DNA from: Raja brachyura
Lineage: Eukaryota
DNA length: 64,000 nt
Direction: 5' to 3'
Assembly: GCA_963514005.1 (NCBI GenBank)
Contig: OY740812.1
Span: 17,980,001 to 18,044,000, forward strand
Part shown: in pieces, positions 50,558 to 64,000 of the stretch
Layout: the number at the start of each line of letters is the position of its first letter
How positions within the stretch are numbered: the stretch's first letter is position 1
Made by a program: the position numbers and the translations under genes
Notes under the pieces: model-generated
Database searches by the model: none
What the model was told of the DNA's origin: nothing
Seen by the model: only the letters and a program-made list of their open reading frames with translations

Positions 50558-50985
50558 ACATAGAAACATAGGTGCAGGAGAAGGCCATTCAGACCTTCAA
50601 GCCAGCACCACAATTCAATATGATCATGGCTGATCATCGAAAATCAGTACCTCATTCCTGCTTTTTCCCCCATATCCCTTGATTCCTTTTCGCCCTACAA
50701 GCTAAATCTAACTCTCTCTTGAAAACATCCAGTGAATTGGCCATCTGTAGCAGAGAATTCTACAGATTCACAACTCCCCGGGTGAAAAAGTTTTTCCTCA
50801 TCTCAGTTTTAAATGGCCTACCCCTTATTTTTAAACTGTATCCCCTCTTTCTGGATTCCCCCAACATCGGAAATTTTTTCCTGCATCTAGCCTGTCCAAT
50901 GCTTTAAGAAATTTATATATTTTTATGATCCCCTCTCCCTTCTAAATTCCAGTGAATACAAGCCCAATCAAACCATTCTTTCATC
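50558..50985 (-). mobile_element. CR1 3' fragment
   Basis: catagaaacatag tail followed by the reverse complement of the CR1 3'UTR and RT end. Confidence 0.8.
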
Positions 50986-51138
50986 TATGGTTTTTGCCAA
51001 ATTTCAAGATGACTAGAAGTTCATAGACACTCAGTGTCATGCTTGGGAGGGGAGGGCAGAGTGAAAGGTAGAAATCCGAGCCATCAACTTAGTAATCAAA
51101 CAGCAATATATCATCTCTTGAATTTCAAAGCAAATTAT

Positions 51139-51257
51139 CCTTCACGTGGTCCGCCCTGTTTCGACTATTGCAATCAACTCGACGTGCACAAACAGAAGAT
51201 GAAATAGAACAAGTTGTCCAACAACTTCAGGCTGTGCACGCCACACGTAAGAAGAAG
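51139..51257 (+). mobile_element. Second, 5'-truncated copy of the ribozyme-headed retroposon
   Basis: Shares cacgtggtccgccctgtt..gacta and acaactt.aggctgtgcacgccacacg.aagaag with 45025-45119 and keeps about 40 internal bases that copy lacks. Confidence 0.8.
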
Positions 51258-51909
51258 CATAAGATCTGCCGTGAAGCAGCACAACCAAGCCATATTTTCT
51301 TTCATAATAATCCAGATGCTTCTTAGAATGAAAATCTGCTCCAATTTTACATCTGAAAATCGGTTTAATAACATGAAGCATTTTTAAGAAGAGCTTTCAG
51401 TTGCCCATCTTCTTAATAACTTAAAAATGACAAAAGATGCCTTGTAGAAGTGTCTGTATTGATTCAAATACTTATTTCCTTTGTGCACATTTCTTGTTTT
51501 TTTAATATATGAATGAACTTTGAACACAAGGCTACTGATCTCTGTGTGTGATTGAACAAAATCTTGCGCAACTCAAAGAGCCTTTTCTAACTGATGGAAT
51601 CTTGCATTATCCCCCCCCCCCCCCCCCCCCCCAGGCAACTTTGAGAGAAGGATGCAATTCTGTGAATTAAACTTTAAATCAAAACAATAGATTGCAGAAA
51701 ATATATGCACAACCAGCCTGGGAGTAAGTCACTTTGGTTTACAGTTCTCCGAACTTTTCTGTCAAGCCTAGAGTGTTCCTGACCGTGGCAAATGAGAACA
51801 TGAGTTAATGTGCAATTGGTGATTATGGCCAAGAACAACATCAAAATGGATGAGTAATAATAGGTTGTTCTGGGACAACACAGAGAATGTAAAATAGACA
51901 CGTCTTTCT

Positions 51910-52657
51910 AATCATAATCGTACTTTATTAGCCAAGTACGTTTTGCAATATACGAGGAATTTGATTTGCCACAGTCATACCAATAAAAAGCAACAGAACA
52001 CATAAAATACATTTTACCATAAACATCCACCACAGTGACTCCTCCACATTCCTCACTGTGATGGAAGGTGAAAAAAAGTTCAATTTCTCCTTTCTTTGTC
52101 CTCCAGCAGTCGGGGGCCTCTAATCGTCCGTTGACCGGACGATATTACTCCCATAGCCAGCGGCGGGCCTCCTCAGCGGGGTGATCAAGCTTCTGCATTG
52201 GGGGAGTGGGGGGGGAACTCAGCTCACCCGCGCCTGGCGATCTACCCCGGGTCAGATAGAATCGAACGTCGTGCGGTTTTGGAGCTTCCCGACGTCGGTC
52301 TCAACCCGAGACTGCGAGCTCCTTGATGTTAAAGTCCGCAGGCTGCGGTTGGAGCGTCGATCCCAGGTAAGGGATTGGCTCCGATGGTAATCCATGCCCC
52401 GCAGTAGGGCTCAGTCAGTCCCGAGCAAGGCCTCCAGCTCCACGATGTTAGGCCGCTCTGCGGCCTAAAACAATAACATCTCCGGCAAGTTAAGATATTG
52501 AAAAAAAAATTCCCCCGACCCCCCCCACTCCCCCGCCCATAAAACAAACCAGAGAACATTAACACATACTTTTTAAACACAATAAAAATAATTTAAAAAA
52601 AGACGAAAAGGATAGATAGACTGTAGGCGAGGCTGCCATCCAAGTGCCACCCAGTGG
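51910..52657 (-). mobile_element. Second copy of the GC-rich non-coding retroposon-like repeat
   Basis: Shares tactttattagccaagta.gttttgcaa, ctcctccacattcctc and ggcctccagctcca.gatg with the reverse complement of 26714-27393. Confidence 0.7.
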
Positions 52658-53544
52658 AATACCTAGGTTTCCCGCAATATACCAAGCACCTTCCACTGAC
52701 ACAGATGATGACAATAATGGAAACCTGCAATATGATAGTGTCTGAAAAAAGGTCTCAACCAAAAACATCACCTGAACCTTTTCTCCAGAGCTGCTGCCTG
52801 ACCCGCTGAGTTACACCTGCATTTTGTGCCCATCGTTAGTATAAACCAGTATCTGTAGTTTTTTCCTACACATACTGCTGGTGACAGCGTGCATTATGGA
52901 ATGAATGGACTAGTGGTTATACTCAGAATTTCCGATGTTGAGCACCTAACAAAGCAGGTATTACAGGTTGAACCTGTTTGTTTACGGGCAGAAATTATGT
53001 ATAACCACCTTTAGTTTAGTTTAGACATAAAGTGCAGAAACAGGTCCTTCAGCCTACAGAGTCCATGCCGACCAGCGATCCCCATACACTCGCACTATCC
53101 CGCACACTAGGGACAATTTACAATCTTTAATGTATACCCCGATATATATAGGCAGGAGAATGGGGTTAGGAGGGAGAGATAGATCAGCCATGATTGAATG
53201 GTGGAGTAGACTAGATGGGCCGAATGGCCTACTCCTACCCCTTATGAACTTATGAACAGGCAAAATTCTGAAAGAAATGTGTAACACACATCAAAACCAG
53301 TCAGATCAAATATCAGCAAATTTGAACATTAGAAAATGTGAATGGTCTTTTCTTTAAAATGCAGCACCCCAGAGAGAGAATGGTTTTGTAATGTACAAAA
53401 CTGTTGAGCAATACTCCATGAAATGAGCCGAGATGCAGAGTGGAAATCAGAGATCAACACAGCCAGAGGCCAGAGAGGTGTTTGTCTGCCAGAGGGTCCC
53501 AGCAGGATCAGGCAAAGGGAAGGCGACAAAAGTAAATGGTTTTG

Positions 53545-53845
53545 TTTAGTTTGGAAATAGAGCGCGGAAACGGGCCCTTCGGCCCACCGAGCCCACACCG
53601 ACCAACGATCCCCGCACATTAACGCTGTGACACACACTAGGTATAATTTTACATTTACACCACACCGATTAACCTCCAAACCTGTACATCTTTGGTGTGT
53701 GGGAGGAAACCGAAGATCTTGGAGAAAACCCACGCAGGACACGAGGAGAATGTACAAACTCCGTGCAGGCAGCACCTGCAGTCAGGATGGAACCCGGGTC
53801 TCTGGCGCTGTAAGGCAGTAGCTCTACCGCTGCGCCACCGTGACG
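53545..53845 (-). mobile_element. tRNA-derived V-SINE/HE1-type SINE
   Basis: Full-length reverse-complement copy ending ctctaccgctgcgccaccgtg. Further copies at about 4483-4775, 7497-7752, 9806-10050, 21480-21765, 26320-26625, 36383-36665, 42000-42545 and 60138-60400. Confidence 0.82.
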
Positions 53846-54033
53846 CCCCATCGCAAATGGAGAGGAATACATGTCGTTGTCGCCACCGTTTACTATTCCC
53901 ACTAAAACCTCGGCACCATATCGGGTACTATGTTTATATGTGTGTTGTGCTGCTGCAAGTAAGAATTCCACTGTTCCATTTCGGGACATATGACAATAAC
54001 ACACTCTTGACTCTTAAAGGATAATTCACTCAC

Positions 54034-54109
54034 CTTTTTTTGGCAGGGCCTGGATGACAGAAACAGCCACCTGGAATTGTCTCTGGAAGTCCGATTGAAC
54101 CTCTACCAT
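54034..54109 (-). CDS. ACBD4: ACBD4-like gene, coding exon 1 (MVEVQSDFQRQFQVAVSVIQALPKK-G)
   Basis: ATG in good Kozak context (ACGATGG) with an upstream in-frame TAA. The peptide matches the ACBP-domain N-terminus (F.AAV.VIQ.LPK.G). Donor G|GTGAGT, phase 1. A likely acceptor lies at 54205, giving 5'UTR in the same exon. Confidence 0.9.
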
Positions 54110-57100
54110 CGTGTCCGTTTTCCGGCTTCGGGAAGGAATTTATTTAAAGTTTCCAATTTCAGAGAAACTGCACCAACACCTCAGAATCCCTGGTGGCCAC
54201 AGAAGCTGTCAGTGTGAACACACAACACGCACGGAATTACAAGTAGATCTGCCATGGCTCTATGGTACTTCCCAGAGAACCACGAGACACACTTCAAAAC
54301 AATATCTACAGATATATTTGCTGTTTACTTTTGATTTAGGGATTAGCATGCAAACAGGCCCTTCGGCCCACTGAGAGCATGCCGCCCATCGATCACCGGT
54401 CCACACTAGTTCTTTGTTATCCCCTATTCTCATTCACTCCTTACACACGAGGGACATTTTAAAAGAAATAGGCGCCAATTAACCTACAAACCTGCAAGTC
54501 TTTTGGGATGTGGAACTCCTAGAGGAAATCCATGCGGTCACAAGGGAGAACATGCAAACTCCACACAGACAGTGCACGTGAACCTCTGTCTCACCTGGAA
54601 GGTGATCCTGCGACGCCGCCAGGACAACAGATCTTCACGCTCAGATCAAGAACCCTACACTTACAACAATTGGGACTTGAAAAGGGTCCAAAACTGGCAA
54701 CTCTGATCTCTCGCAGTGCACCATTGCTATACACTTGCGCTGTATCTGAGATGCTCAGCTAATATGTATCCAAGTACTTGTGTATAGTGATACTTGTACT
54801 GAACTGTAATCAAAAATGAATTTCACTGCACCTCGATACAGGTGACAAATGAAGTACCAATGCCATACGTCTAAAGGACCGTTGGGGTCCCTGCAATAGG
54901 GGAAATCATTGTTCAAAATGTTGAACAGTTAGGACGTGAATACAATGGTAAACTCTTCCCAGGCCATGATTTGAGCGAGGTGGTGAGGTTTGTCATGGCC
55001 CTCACAGCGAGGTAGCGACACTGCTCACACTTCCGGCATTGGTCTTGGCTGACATCCATCGCCACTGTCTACACAGCGGCCTCTCAGTAAGGAGAGCAGA
55101 CTGGAAACACGAGACGCTCCCAGCAGACTTCACATATCCAATTTAAAATTAAAACCTTTCAAACAACATTGAACCCTACTAATCTCCAGTAGTCAGAGCT
55201 TCTGTATGTCACCCTTCATACCCGCAACTGCATTAATGAAACCTACACCCATGCATTGTACAGATGGAAAGGTTATATCGGTGGCTTACCAAAGGTGATC
55301 ATAAATTTCCACCTCCCTCAAATGTTACCAGGGCTTGCGTTATAGGGAGAGGTTTCTAGGCTGGAAGTTTTTATTTGGAGCAGAGGGTTGAACTTATTGT
55401 GGGGCAGAAGATCACGAGGGGCAAGGATGAAGTAAACACTCAGTCTTTTTTCCAAAGGATAGACGATTCTAAAATTAGAGTGCATCGGCTTAAGGTGAGA
55501 GGAGAATTAAGAGGGACCTCAGGGACACCTGTTTTTCATTCAGAGGGTATTCCATATATGGAATGAGCTGCCAGAGGATATAGAAATGGAAACAATTACA
55601 CAGGTTTTAAAAGAGAAAGATTGGACAGATATATGGATAGGGATGTGTCATGGGCCAAATGCAGGCAAATGACCAACTTGGTCAGCATGACCATGGTGGG
55701 CCGAAGGGCCCGTTTCCGTGCAGTACAACTCTATGAGCTTGTGAGCAACTTTAGATTTAGCTCAAGCTCTATTGCATTTACTGAAGTGGGAAACCATTTG
55801 TGCAAAGTGAACAGGTAAACATTCACGTTTAAAATTGAACTGCAGATGCTGGAAAATCGAAGGTAGGCAAAATTGCTGGAGAAACTCAGCGGGTGAGGCA
55901 GCATCTATGGAGCGGAGGGAATAGGCAACGTTTCGGGTCGAGACCCTTCTTCAGACTGATAACATGATCCGTGTAAACATTCACACTGAATCAGGTTGCA
56001 CTGACTGATCGCCAAAGGCTGCAACTGGTGCTCCTGAGCTACTTAACAAAGGATTGCAGAAATAAACCCCGCATAAAATACACTTGACCTAACCAGCATC
56101 GTTAACAAGCACCACAATTCAAACAGAACAGCCTAAAATTGCAACAACTAAAAAGAAAGGCCTGCAGCCCACATCCACTAACCTCGGTCACTGGAGTATA
56201 CAGGAAGTATAAACGGGGAGGTGGAGCCAGTCACAGGCAGCTTTAAAGGGACATTGTCTCCAATGCTGCACCATGGCTTTCGATTTCAATTCGCACCTTT
56301 ATACAGTATTGAGGAAGGAATTAATCTGAATATATCTATATCTGAGGAAGGAATTAATTGAATTTACTGTGTTGTTACCAGCTTCATTTTGTCCACGCAC
56401 CATTAAGGTATGCTGGAAATAGTTTTTTTTTGCTGATTCAACCTGAAATAAATAGCCAGGGTGGTACTTAGAATGTTGCATATTGCTATTGGCAATTGTT
56501 CATTATTGTCACATGTACCTAGGTACAGCGAAAAGCCTTTGATGGTGTTGTGCTATCCAGTCAAATCAAGAGTGGGTTTGAAATGGAACAATGAAAATGT
56601 TCCTTGCAGCACAAAAGGCATGTGAGTGCAGTACTCAGTAAATATCACAATGAACAACAAAAAGCAGTTAAATACTTTAAAAATATATATTATATTATAT
56701 ATACTGCAATAACATTAGCAAAACACACAATGAAATTCGTACTCGCAGCAGCACAACAGGTTTGCGAGCACAGTATTCAATAGAAAATATAATTATAAAC
56801 AAAAAAATGCAATTAAAAAAAATGTAGTGCGAAAACAAAACAAAGTCCCCAGTGAAACCAAGGCAGTTTATATTTTCGTTGTAGTTCATAGTAGAAATAG
56901 GGGGTTACAGCATATAAACAAGCCCACAAGGGCTATTTCTTCATCCATTTTGATTATCTATATTAATCCCATTTAAACTTTCCTTGATGGTGGGGAGGGA
57001 ATAAATTTAGTTTACCAACCCACCCCACACTTTAACTCAATGATAATCCCACTCGATCGTGCTCCCATGGACTCAGCCAGGTCAGACCAAAGGAGCAAAT

Positions 57101-58189
57101 ATAAAGAGGCCACCATGTATACAGTCCCCTTCAGGAAGAATAAGGAGTACTAAAAATGTATTTGCTTAATGGCTTTTTACTGTTCTGTGAAAATAATTAT
57201 GTTTTACACACATTGAACATTTTAAAATATTTGTTTATTATATTTGCTTAAGGCAAAAGGCATTGTGGGAGTCATGGCAATTGGCAGAGCGGGTTTTGGA
57301 TACTTTCCGTTGGCAAGGCCCAGGGCAAGGAGAGACATTATCTAATCCAGGAAGAGGTCATCTAAGTGATCTATCAGAGGCACTGCCTCAAGAAAAGCAG
57401 CCAATATCAGACCCGCATCAATCCTGGCCATGCGCTCGTTTCAATCCTACCATTGGGAAGAAGGGATAGGAATCTGAAAACAGTGACCACCAAGAACTGG
57501 ATAATCCTGGCAGCTCAGTCCTTACCTCAGTGTGTGAATGTAGTCCCTCACTGTCCATGGGCAGAAGAGGCACTAGCTTCTCAGGCCTGCCCTCAGGCCA
57601 CTATGTTTTAGCGTCAGTAGTCAGCTGGCTATCTAGAGCTTCTTCCCAGCAACCCAGTCTTGGCCTTATTGACTGGTGGTCTCAGGTTTATTCCAGTGGC
57701 TCAGTCTTCCTCAAACCTACAACAGGGGAACACAGCCATCTGGGAGGCACCCTTTTCTTCCTCCTCCCCCTATTCTTAGGATCAGTGTGGCATCCAAGAG
57801 AGGGGGGGGGGGGGGGCGCTGTCACAGTGTGTATTGTGTTTCCAGACATGCTGTTGCAAGTAAGAATTTCATTGTTCCATTGTCAGTAAATACGACAGTT
57901 AAACACTCTTGATTTATGACTACTTTCAGAATAATATACTGAATTATTTTCAACCAAGGACAAAAATCTTTCATTTGGTAGTTTGATAGTTAGTTTATTA
58001 TTATTATCACAGGTACAGTAAAAATCTTATTGTTGCATGCTGTCCAGTCAGTGAAAGGATTGCAATCAAGCCATCCAGTGTACAGATTACAGGTTAAAGG
58101 GATAATGTTTAATTGGAGATAAAGTTCAGTAAAGTCCAATTAAAGATAGTCCGAGGGGCTCCAAGAAGATAGATGGTAGCTCAGGACCA

Positions 58190-58700
58190 CTCTCTAGTTG
58201 GTGATAGGATGGTTCAGTTGCCTGATAACAGCTGGGAAAAAAACAATTCCAGAATTTGGAGATAAACACATTCACACATCTTTACTTCTTGCCTGATGGA
58301 AGAGGGGAAAAGACAGTGACTGGGGTGATACTCGTCCTTGATTATGCTGCTGGCCTTGCCGAGGCTGCGTTAAGTGTAGATGGAGTCAATGGAAGGGAGG
58401 TTGGTTTGCGTGATGGTCTGAGTTATGTCCACAACGCTCTGTAATTACTTGCGGTCTTGGATGGAGCTGTACCCAAACCATGCTATGATGCATCCAAATA
58501 AAATGCTTTCTATAGTGCATCTGTGGAAGTTGGTGAGAGTTGTTGGGGAGATACCAAGCTTCCTCAGCCTTCTAAGGAAGTAGTAGCCTTGGTGTTGTTT
58601 CTTGTTTCAACATGACTGGTCCAGGACAAATTGCTGGTGATACTTTGTCCAAAGAACTTGAAGTGTTCAACCATCTCTACTTTGGTGCTGCTAATTGATA
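58190..58700 (-). mobile_element. Degraded Rex1-like LINE 3' fragment
   Basis: VEMVEHFKF...ITSNLSWTSHV in ORF 58564..58896; similar to 46900-47365. Confidence 0.7.
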
Positions 58701-61700
58701 TGCAGGTGAATAACGGGTTCTGTGTATAAAATGTCACCATCACTTGTGCTGTAATATCAGAATATGGAGAATCATGATGTACAAATTTCTCATTTTTAAA
58801 TGGAATTTTGAAGATTTTAACCAAAATTATCAGCAACCACTTCAAGTTCTGGCCATAACAGCGTCTCCTGCAATCTCTATGCATAGAAATTGGCACAAAT
58901 ATATTTTAGCTCAAGCAACATCTCAGATATGAAATCATAAAAGTATTACAGCACTAAGGAAGATTAATTGGTCTATTGAGTTCATGATACTTGTGCTAAC
59001 TTGCAATCCAACATTATTTTCCAGGCTCTTTCCCTCTAGGCCTGAATTGTTTTTCTTGTTTGAATCTGTTTTTTTAGTTTTGTGCTCCTGGTTATAAGTA
59101 GTTGTGAGAATGATGTTACTTTCATGCATCCTGTCTTTCTGTTTCCAATCATATGGGCAAAAGATCATCAGCAATTTACTTTTAAAAAGTGGTGAACACT
59201 GCCCAGTTTATCACGAGTACTACATGGGATTTACAAGAGGTACTTTCTCAAAAAGACAGCCAGTTTCATCAAGGACCCATACCACCCTGGTCTCGCTCTC
59301 ATTTCATTCCTGCCGTAAGGAAGAAGGTGCGAGATCCTGAAAACTGTAACGTCCAGGATCAGAAACAGCTTCTTCCCAAGAACCATCAGGCTATTGAACG
59401 CTTTGAACCCCAACTAAACTACGAACTATGAACTGCTTTGATTGCACTAGGGACTTTGGGCATTGTTCCGCATTTTGCAGAAATTGGGTTCTTTTTTAAT
59501 CTATTGAACTTTTTTTGGTTGTTTATTAAAAATTCCATTGAGTACTATTTTACAAATCTGATGAGCTGCTTCAAGTAAGAATTTCACTGTTCCATTGCAG
59601 TGCATATGACAATAAAACTCATTCTTGATCTTTGTTTTCCCACGCCCGCAATATTTGCATCTTTTCATCTCAACAGGAAAACGCTTTGAATGGCAGTATC
59701 TTCTTATTTTCCTGTCTGCAGTTTTCAACCCTGAGTTTAGGTTGCAATGATTGGCTACAGGAAATACTGTCAATCTGGCGGTTAAATGTTGCAAAGCAGA
59801 CAGGAATTGCTGCAGCTAGAAATGGTCAATTTATGGACACAGTACATCGTACGTCACAGATGTAAGCGTGAGATTGACTACAGCAAAGTGCTTCAGTGTG
59901 ATAAATGCAAGGTAGCTTGGTATGTCATATTCAGAAAGAGATTGCAAAAAACCACCATAATTTCTAAATCAATTGGAACTGCGGGGGTTGGTATCGTGGA
60001 GGAAGAAGTGTTTTTACTTACATTTGATTTAGATTAGTTCAGAGAAACAACACGGAAACAAACTCTATTTGTTTCATGGGACTGTAAGAAATCTTCTGTC
60101 TTTACCTTCTGTGCTAAGTTTACGTTATTTTTTAATTTTAGTTTAGTTTAGAGATTCAGCGCGGAAATAGACACTTCAGCTCACCGAGTCCACGCCGACC
60201 AGGGATCATCCCAAACTAACACCATCCTACACACACTAGGGGGAATTTACATTTATACCAAGCCAATTAACCTACAAACCTTTGGACACCAGGGATCCCG
60301 GAGGAAATTCACGCAGGTCACGGGGAGAACATACAAACTCCGATTGAACCCGGGTCCCTGACATTGGCAGCAACTCTACCACTGTGCCACCGTGCTGCCT
60401 ACTGACAACCACTAAAATAAAAATAAGAAAGTCACATGCAGAAAGCTCAAACTACCTCTGCCACATTGTATGAAATAGTCCTGGCTGATCAAGAAGATGA
60501 AGATGCACAAGTCCACTGTGATTTGACATTGAGGATTGAGAATTGGCTTTTGTTGTGCATTATGATGAAAGGGTGCTTTTCCGGCTGGAGGTCATAGGGA
60601 TCTGTGATGGGATTTCAGTTCTTTGTGATATACATATAAATGACTTAGACATAAATGTAGATGGATTGGTTAATAAATTTGCAGATGACACCAGGATTGC
60701 TGGAGTGAGAAAGGCTGTCAAAGTATAGATCAGCTACAGAAATGAGCAGAGAAATGGCAGATAGAATTTAATCCAAGCGCGTGTGCGGTATTGTGCTTTG
60801 CAAGGTCGAATGTAAGGTAAAGTATACTATTAATGGCTGGGCAACTTTTTACACAGAAGTGGTGAGCGCTAGGTGTATGCTGTCAGGGCTGGTTGTGGAG
60901 GCAGATATGATAGGAGCATTATGGTGGCTTTTAGATAGCCACATGCTTAAGCTTGGAGGGATATGGATCATGTGCAGGTAAAAAAGATTTATTTTCTTGG
61001 CATCATGTTTGCTGCATGATTGTGGGCTGCAGGGCCCGTTCCGGTGTTGTACTGTTCTATTTTATAATTTCTAATTCCATCATGGACTTCCTGTGTCAGC
61101 ATTTCCAGAGGCTGATGTGCAGTGTTTTGGATAGTGAGCTTCCTCATCACTTCCCAGCACAAGAATTGCTGAATCCTTTATAAGCCAGGGTTACCTCTGG
61201 GCAAGGAGCACCATTTCCACATTGGGCAGATAATGTAATCACGCAAGGCTTGTAGTTCAGTCACGTGATCTAATTTTTCTTTGCATGCTTTGTCCCATGT
61301 GACTTGTAGCTTCCTCATTTGAAATGTTGAAAGTCCTCTAATTAGACTAAGTTGAAGTACATGTACATTTTCTGTCTGAATAATTACTGCGAGACAGATC
61401 ATTTACAAAGTTCCCTCTATTAAGGAGCAGATTTGTAATTAGGTGGTCGTAATTGGAATTGTTGAAAATATTTTGCTTTAGAAATAGGAAAGTTCCTAAA
61501 GTCTTGGACCCTTCTTCAGACTCACTGACTCTTCACCTCCACTGATACTAACTGACCCACTGTGCTCTTCCAGGATTTTGTTTTTTGCTGAAGTGTCCAG
61601 AAGAGTAAAGATATCCCTGTGCAATAACATTTGAGTCACAATGAGACCTTGCCCGGCATACTGTCTATTGATTTGGTCTCCCTTCATATGGAAGGACATA

Positions 61701-63144
61701 TTAAAATAGAAGCACAAAAACAAAAGTTTGGATGATAGATTCCTGAGTATCGTCAGAATTAAAGGACATTCTTTTAGGAAAGAGAAATTTCATTAGTCAG
61801 AGGGTGGTGAATCTGTGGAATTCTTTGCCACAGGAGGCTGTGGAGGCCGTCAGTGGACATTTTTAAGGCAGAGATAGATTCTTGATTAGTACAGGTGTCA
61901 GAGGTTATGGGGAGAAGGCAGGAGAATGTGGTTGGGAGGGAGAGATGGATCAGCCATGATTGAATGACGGAGTAGACTTGATGGACCAAATGGCCTGAAG
62001 AAGGATCTCAACCCGAAACGTCACCTATCTCCTTCACTCCTTAGATGCTGCTGCACCCGCTGAGTTTCTCCAGCCTTTTGTGTACCCTCGATTCTCCAGC
62101 ATCTGCAGTTCCTTCTTTAACAGGTTTGTGGGCTAATTGTCTTGGTAAAATTGTAAAGTGTGTGTGGAATAATGTTAGTGTGTGGGGATCGCTGGTTAGT
62201 GTGAACTCGGTGGGCCAAAGGGCCTATTTCCGCGCCGCATCTCAAAACTAAACTAAACTAAACTACTGAGGACCACAACAGGTCAGGCAGCATCTGTGGA
62301 GGGAATGGACGGACATTACTTGGGTTTGTGATCTTCCTTCAGACTCAGAGTGGTCTCAGAGTACCGCCAGATTGGTACCAAGGATGTGTTATGTCGGTAG
62401 AATGGAAAAACCAGAGCTGTTCCCTGTGGTGCAGGGACGATTGAGAAGAGATTTGATAGATATTCGCATGGTTCCATTCAAAGTAAGCAGGAACATCTCT
62501 CATTAGCTCAGGTTACAGATTTAGGTTGTTTTGCTGAAAGAACCAAAGGCAAAGTGAGGACAAAGTTCTCCAAAAAAATGAGTGGTTCGGATTTGAATTA
62601 AAATGACTGTGATGGAAATTAATATAGCATTGCATAAATAATTGAAATAAATAAGTTCTGCGGAAAAGGACTAGGAATGGGACAACCTAAACTGCTCCTC
62701 AAAAGAACTGGAAGAGATTTGATGGGCAGAATAGACTCTCTAGGAGGTGTATTCTTTTATGATTTCTTTCAATAACTCTGAATCCTCACCATAGATCTTT
62801 AATGGCAGATCACTTTATTGCAAAGTCTACAATTTTTGTTTGATAATCAGACAGGATGTGGGTGTGGGAGCATGTGCCCACAGTGCTAGAGAACGGAGTA
62901 ATGGGGGGGCGGTTGGGGGAGTTGAATTTATGGTGTAACCTCTTGCTGCAGTCAGTGACATTTCTATCTGGCTAGAATCTTGGTTGCAAAATGAAACAAT
63001 GATTTGGGGTTAATATCTAAGCGGTATTTTGTAATACTGAAAATATCTCATGATGCTTTAAAGAGGAAAGAGAAACTATTTATTTTCTGGTGGATTGGTA
63101 ATGAAAATTTCTTTCTTACTTTCTATTTGTAGTACGTCATTCTC

Positions 63145-63545
63145 TGGAAGATCAGAGGTTGAGGGGAGACTTGATAGAAGAAATGTATATACATTTATGA
63201 GAGGCATAGATATGGTGGGCAGTCAGAACCTTTTTCGCAGGGTGGAAGTGTCCAACTATAGAAGCTATAAAGTGAGAGGGAGAAATTTAAAGGAGATGTG
63301 CGGGGGCAGTTTTTCTATACAGAGAGTAGTGGGGGCCTGGAATGCACTGCCAGGGGTGGTGGTGGAGGCAGATATGGCAGTGGCGTTTAAGGGGCTTTTA
63401 GGAAAGCACAAGGAAGTGCATGGAATAGAAGTATATGGATCAAGTAGGGTCAGATGAGATCAGTTTAACTTGACATCATGTTGGGCACAAACAAAGAAGA
63501 CCGTAGGGTCCGTTCCCGTGCTGCACTGTTCTATGCTTTATATTC
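63145..63545 (+). mobile_element. Degraded CR1 3' fragment
   Basis: ORF 63095..63457 contains QRVVGAWNALPGVVVEAD...FK.LL.KH. Confidence 0.78.
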
Positions 63546-64000
63546 TAAGTTCTACTTAAGGTTGAGTTGAGCCAATTTACCCACATTTAGGAATCAATGT
63601 TATCTTTGGATAACTAAACAATAGATTATGTTTAATGCCTTATAGCTTTACTTTTTTACCAGAAAAAAGGAAATATTTTAACAACAGAATCATCTTTGCA
63701 AGACACCCTCAAGTCAAAGTGAGAAAATAATATACAACATGATTCCAATAATGTGGCATTAATTGTTTGGAAATCTTAAAGATCCAGAAATAGTCTTTCT
63801 CATTAGCCATTATGTGGACTACCCGCTAATTGAAAAAGTTGCCCCTCTCACCTTAAGCATATGTCCTCTAGTTTTAGAATCTTATACCCTGGGTCCAGAG
63901 TACTGAATGAATGCTGAATGAAGTACCATGGTTAGGGTCAGGAACATGGTTTAGGCTAGGGTCAGGACTGTGCGCTGAATGTGTAGCTGGAACTGGCAGT

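Noticed and set aside
55028-55099. Possible upstream 5'UTR exon with a short uORF (MDVSQDQCRK)
   Set aside because: Only generic splice-like signals (tttccag| and |GTGAGC); it cannot be supported without transcript data.
61194-61337. Exon-like minus-strand stretch ending AG|GTAACC
   Set aside because: No recognisable homology, weak acceptor, and no link to the gene model.

Overview
Eukaryotic, repeat-dense vertebrate DNA; the repeat set (CR1 LINEs, V-SINE/HE1-type SINEs, Penelope-like elements) suggests a cartilaginous fish, probably a skate or ray (inference). The one host gene found is a minus-strand ACBD4-like gene with 10 reconstructed coding exons from 54109 to 1159 (1359 nt, 452 aa). 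Its parts are an acyl-CoA-binding domain, FFAT motif, coiled coil and C-terminal tail anchor, all with GT-AG junctions and consistent phases. The introns hold a frameshifted 3.1-kb CR1, a Penelope-like element with a long TSD, Rex1-like LINE remnants, many SINEs, PIF/Harbinger-type MITEs, a probable Helitron remnant and two nested non-autonomous DNA transposons with 5-bp TSDs. The most unusual signal is a 95-bp retroposon (45025-45119, perfect 10-bp TSD, second copy at 51139-51257) whose 5' half folds as a minimal HDV-like ribozyme starting at its first base. Repeat boundaries are read by eye and are approximate unless a TSD is given.
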